Shown here: positions 60,271-64,000 of the stretch, piece after piece
How positions within the stretch are numbered: the stretch's first letter is position 1
How the letters are laid out: each line of letters starts with the position of its first letter
NCBI GenBank assembly: GCA_052279835.1
Contig: CP181291.1
Span: forward strand, 1,312,001-1,376,000
Direction: 5' to 3'
DNA length: 64,000 nt
From: Microcoleus sp.
GTDB lineage: Bacteria; Cyanobacteriota; Cyanobacteriia; Cyanobacteriales; Microcoleaceae
Made by a program: the position numbers and the translations under genes
The notes under the pieces: model-generated
Seen by the model: only the letters and a program-made list of their open reading frames with translations
The model's database searches: none
Told to the model about the DNA's origin: nothing

Positions 60271-61080
60271 TTAAAGTACAGAACTAGCATTAATAAAACG
60301 ACCAGTTAAATCTGCTGGTGTTACATTCAACACAGTCCCTAACAAAGCATTGGTAAAACCGAACCTAATATTAGTAGCTTCCACACGGCCATTACCATCG
60401 GGATCGAGGTCTCGCTGGGAGATACCACCCTTGGCTAACAAGCTAGTACCACCTGCTACAGTGGCGGGATCGATCAGCAACAATCTGGGGTCATTCAGGC
60501 TATAATTTACCTGTTCAAAAGAGATATTGCTGGTGGTAAATGCCGTGCTAATTCCCAGGGAGTCATTAAATTTATCAAAATCCACAATTACGGCGTCAGG
60601 AACTTCAAAGCCCAGGATTTTTTGTCCGGCTTGATCGACTCGAAGCACAAAAACATCACTGCCTGCACCACCTTTGTAAACATCAACATCTCTGTCACCA
60701 ATTAAAGTATCATTGCCATCACCACCCACTAACAAATCAATACCTTGACCCCCACGCAACAAATCATTTCCCACGCCACCATCCAGAAAATCACTATTTC
60801 TGTCCCCGGTGAGGAAATCATTGCCAATTTCTCCTAAAATATCGTCATCACCCTTACCACCATAAATAGAATCATTACCCGCACCACCTAAGAGACTGTC
60901 TTTGTCATCGTTACCAAAAATCCGTTCGGCATCCGATGAACCTGTAACAGTATCATTCCCACCCAGCACCCAAACTCCCCCAGGAAAATTAGCAACTTGT
61001 CCCGGTGTAAGTGTAATATTTTCGGGAGAATTATCTCCTACCAAACGAGGAATGCCGGAATTATCTGGTTTAAGTGCCAT
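60271..61080 (-). CDS. RTX/hemolysin-type calcium-binding protein
   Basis: Multiple GGxGNDxLx nonapeptides. Confidence 0.9.
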   Translation of the reverse strand: MALKPDNSGIPRLVGDNSPENITLTPGQVANFPGGVWVLGGNDTVTGSSDAERIFGNDDKDSLLGGAGNDSIYGGKGDDDILGEIGNDFLTGDRNSDFLDGGVGNDLLRGGQGIDLLVGGDGNDTLIGDRDVDVYKGGAGSDVFVLRVDQAGQKILGFEVPDAVIVDFDKFNDSLGISTAFTTSNISFEQVNYSLNDPRLLLIDPATVAGGTSLLAKGGISQRDLDPDGNGRVEATNIRFGFTNALLGTVLNVTPADLTGRFINASSVL

Positions 61081-61246
61081 AGTTGTAAACTGATTGAGAT
61101 GTAATATTGAATATGTTGCAATATTCTGATTCTACAGTCCGTAAGGATTGATTCTGGAAGAATCTGACACAATTTTTAACTATTGCATCTTCGCACCTGC
61201 CAGCCGAGAATATACTAGATTGAAATAAAAGTTAAACCTTAAGCTA

Positions 61247-62227
61247 ATGCCAATTATCTTAGTTGAAGACTTGAGCAAAATTTATCCCATCGCCATTAAA
61301 GAACCGGGACTAAAAGGAACTCTCCAACACTTTTTTAAGCGCACTTACCGCAATGTGAAAGCCGTTGAGGGAGTTTCTTTCAGTATTGAACCGGGGGAAG
61401 TTGTGGGCTTTCTTGGGGCTAATGGCGCGGGCAAAACTACGACGCTGAAAATGCTGACTGGTTTAATTTATCCGTCTACTGGTACTGTGAAAGTGTGCGA
61501 TCGCATTCCATTTCGCCGCCAAGCCGATTTTTTGCAAAAAATCACCCTAGTCATGGGGCAAAAACAGCAGCTAATCTGGGATTTGCCAGTGCTAGACTCT
61601 CTGAGAATCAATGCCGCTGTCTACGGAATCCCTGAGAAAGATTATCGACTGCGAGTGGGGGAACTGACGGAGATGTTATCCCTAGAAGGCAAGTTAAATC
61701 AGCCAGTGCGAAAACTGTCTTTAGGCGAACGCATGAAAGCGGAATTGATGGCAGCATTGTTGCACCAACCGGAGGTATTATTTTTAGATGAACCGACATT
61801 AGGTTTAGATATCAATGCGCAGTTTAGTGTGAGAAAATTTCTGCGGGAATATAACGAACGCTATCAAGCAACGGTACTGTTGACGAGTCACTACATGGCA
61901 GACATTACTGCTTTGTGCAAACGAGTTTTGTTAATTCATGAAGGGCAATTAGTTTATGATGGCAATTTAGATGGATTGCTAGATAGATTTGCACCTTATC
62001 GACAAGTTCAGGTAGAATTAGCCAATCCGCTATCTCAAGATCGTGCTTCTGCTTACGGGGAGGTAGAATCTATGGAAGGACAATCGGTGCGATTTTTGGT
62101 AAAAAGGGAGGAATTGATGGTGGGGGTAGCGAAGATGTTGGCGGAGTTGGAAGTGGTGGATTTGACTGTTACCGATCCGCCCATTGAAGAGGTAATTGGC
62201 AGAGTTTTTCGCACGGGAAAAGTGTAA
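61247..62227 (+). CDS. ABC transporter ATP-binding protein
   Basis: GANGAGKTT, LSLGERMK, LFLDEPT. Confidence 0.95.
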   Translation: MPIILVEDLSKIYPIAIKEPGLKGTLQHFFKRTYRNVKAVEGVSFSIEPGEVVGFLGANGAGKTTTLKMLTGLIYPSTGTVKVCDRIPFRRQADFLQKITLVMGQKQQLIWDLPVLDSLRINAAVYGIPEKDYRLRVGELTEMLSLEGKLNQPVRKLSLGERMKAELMAALLHQPEVLFLDEPTLGLDINAQFSVRKFLREYNERYQATVLLTSHYMADITALCKRVLLIHEGQLVYDGNLDGLLDRFAPYRQVQVELANPLSQDRASAYGEVESMEGQSVRFLVKREELMVGVAKMLAELEVVDLTVTDPPIEEVIGRVFRTGKV

Positions 62228-62341
62228 TATTTTTGAATAAGATCGTTTTCAATAACAGGCAAGATGCCTGTTCCACAATACTTTTTGTGGAACGGGCTTA
62301 TAGCTTGTTGCTAAGATGGAGAAATTCAATCTACAACTGAC

Positions 62342-63130
62342 ATGAAAAAATCTATCAGAATTGCTAAAACTTTGCTAACTGCCTACTACGCTTATATGCT
62401 AGAATACCGAGCCGAATTGCTGTTGTGGGCGCTGTCGGGAGTTTTGCCGTTTATCTTGATGGGTGTGTGGATGCGGGCGGCACAAACGGGAGAATTTGAG
62501 CTGAAGTCCATTGACTTTGCCCGTTATTTTTTAGCAGCGTTCATTGTGCGACAAACTAATGTCGTTTGGGTGATTTGGGAATTTGAAAAACAAGTAGTAC
62601 AAGGAACTTTATCTAATAAGTTGTTGCAGCCTCTCGATCCAGTATGGCATCACTTTGCCTCTCACGTTTCCGAAAGGTTTGCGCGGCTACCGTTTGTATT
62701 CGGATTAACCCTGATATTTTTTGCGCTTTACCCGCAGTCTTTTTGGTTGCCGAGTGCTGGCAGATTTTTGCTGTTTGTGCTAGTAATTGCATTGGCTTTT
62801 TGCCTGCGATTCCTTATCCAGTATACTTTTGCGCTGTTTGCTTTTTGGTTAGAACGGGCCAGTGCGATCGAACAATTCTGGTTTTTAATTTATCTATTTC
62901 TCTCTGGACTGGTTGCGCCCCTAGAAGTGTTTCCCGCACCAGTGCGCGAAGTAGTTTTGTGGACACCTTTTCCTTATCTAATTCATTTTCCTGCTGCAAT
63001 TTTAATTGGATTACCTGTTGATATAGGGCGCGGTTTTTTGGTAATGTTTGCTTGGGGTGCAGTGTTTTTTGTATGGAATCGCTGGCTGTGGCGACAGGGT
63101 TTGAAACAATATTCGGGAATGGGAGCTTAA
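62342..63130 (+). CDS. ABC-2 family (DUF990-like) permease
   Basis: MLEYRAE, GTLSNKLLQP, six TM segments, YSGMGA end. Confidence 0.9.
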   Translation: MKKSIRIAKTLLTAYYAYMLEYRAELLLWALSGVLPFILMGVWMRAAQTGEFELKSIDFARYFLAAFIVRQTNVVWVIWEFEKQVVQGTLSNKLLQPLDPVWHHFASHVSERFARLPFVFGLTLIFFALYPQSFWLPSAGRFLLFVLVIALAFCLRFLIQYTFALFAFWLERASAIEQFWFLIYLFLSGLVAPLEVFPAPVREVVLWTPFPYLIHFPAAILIGLPVDIGRGFLVMFAWGAVFFVWNRWLWRQGLKQYSGMGA

Positions 63131-63277
63131 ATAATAATTAAAAATTGGGAAAAAGTAAGTTTAGTCACCGAAAAAAATATGCGTCTTCATGTCAAAGATA
63201 CTTCCAAGATACCTAGGGATGAGATTATGCAAAAACTCAATATATGTTCTTCAATAATTGCATAATATTTAATATCT

Positions 63278-63293
63278 TGTATCTATAAATACA
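63278..63293 (+). promoter_or_regulatory. NtcA binding site
   Basis: TGTA-TCTATAAA-TACA, 65 bp upstream of nirB. Confidence 0.75.
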
Positions 63294-63358
63294 AATTGTT
63301 TTTCAAAATTCTTATATCAATAAAATAACGACTGATATAAGGGATTAAATAGATTCTA

Positions 63359-64000
63359 ATGACAGCCAAAAAAAACCTCGTTGTAATCGGCAATGGCATG
63401 GTTGGCCACAAATTCCTAGAGTTAATGGTCAACTTAGATGCTGCGAAATACTGGAATTTAATTACTTTCTGCGAAGAACCTCGCGTCGCCTACGATCGCG
63501 TCAATCTCAGCGGTTTTTTCTCTGGAAAAACAGCGGGAGATTTATCTCTAGTTGAACCAGGATTTTATCAAGAAAATGGCATTCAAATTCACATCGGCGA
63601 CAAAGCAGTTGCGATTAATCGGGAACAAAAAACAGTCTCTTCAGCAAATGGTTTAGAAGTTCCCTACGACAAAATTGTTCTCGCCACTGGTTCCTATCCA
63701 TTTGTACCGCCTATTAAAGGCAAAGAGGCTGAGGGGACTTTTGTTTATCGGACAATTGATGACTTGGAGGCGATGTCAGATTACGCTAAAAATTGCCAGG
63801 TTGGGGTAGTAATCGGTGGCGGTTTATTGGGCTTAGAATGTGCCAATGCTTTGCAAAATATGGGTTTGAAAACTCATGTGGTTGAGTTTGCGCCGCGACT
63901 GATGCCTGTACAGGTTGATGAAGCTGGTGGTGCAATTCTTCGTAACAAAATAGAAGAGTTGGGAGTTTCGGTTCATACCAGTAAGTCTACTACTGAAATT
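63359..64000 (+). CDS. nirB: NAD(P)H-dependent nitrite reductase large subunit, runs off the window end
   Basis: Manual translation MTAKKNLVVIGNGMVGHKF...EEPRVAYDRVNLS...LATGSYPFVPPI...YRTIDD...IGGGLLGLE...VVEFAPRLM. Confidence 0.9.
   Translation, partial: MTAKKNLVVIGNGMVGHKFLELMVNLDAAKYWNLITFCEEPRVAYDRVNLSGFFSGKTAGDLSLVEPGFYQENGIQIHIGDKAVAINREQKTVSSANGLEVPYDKIVLATGSYPFVPPIKGKEAEGTFVYRTIDDLEAMSDYAKNCQVGVVIGGGLLGLECANALQNMGLKTHVVEFAPRLMPVQVDEAGGAILRNKIEELGVSVHTSKSTTEI

Noticed and set aside
1..64000. tRNA, rRNA, integrase or prophage genes
   Set aside because: None recognised by eye; tRNAscan/Infernal were not run

Overview
Chromosomal window from a filamentous cyanobacterium. Frequent HIP1 octamers (GCGATCGC), heptameric STRR tracts, KGK/Uma2/pentapeptide genes and clpR-clpP support this; an Oscillatoriales (Microcoleus-like) origin is inference. 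The housekeeping backbone is atzE/atzG-like amidase genes, cobB, the fbp-tal-zwf-opcA operon, thrB, a three-gene clp cluster, comB, two-component kinases, glycosylation genes, ABC transporters, a biliverdin-type phytochrome and the start of nirB. Accessory content stands out in five places. (1) An apparently intact IscB nuclease with a HEARO/omega-RNA-like leader lies between tal and zwf, and its predicted guide comes from a decayed cargo gene. (2) A HIP1-poor HTH-STAND-ATPase plus WD40/TPR gene pair (split NLR-like) is divergent from three uncharacterised genes, with shared TGAGTT direct repeats. (3) A signal-peptide RNase-A-like toxin is coupled to a CdiI-like immunity gene. (4) Small mobile repeats are translated in frame inside thrB and cobB. 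(5) The phytochrome's phosphoacceptor His is replaced by Tyr. No rRNA, tRNA or CRISPR array was seen. All family calls come from motifs recognised by eye, not from database searches.
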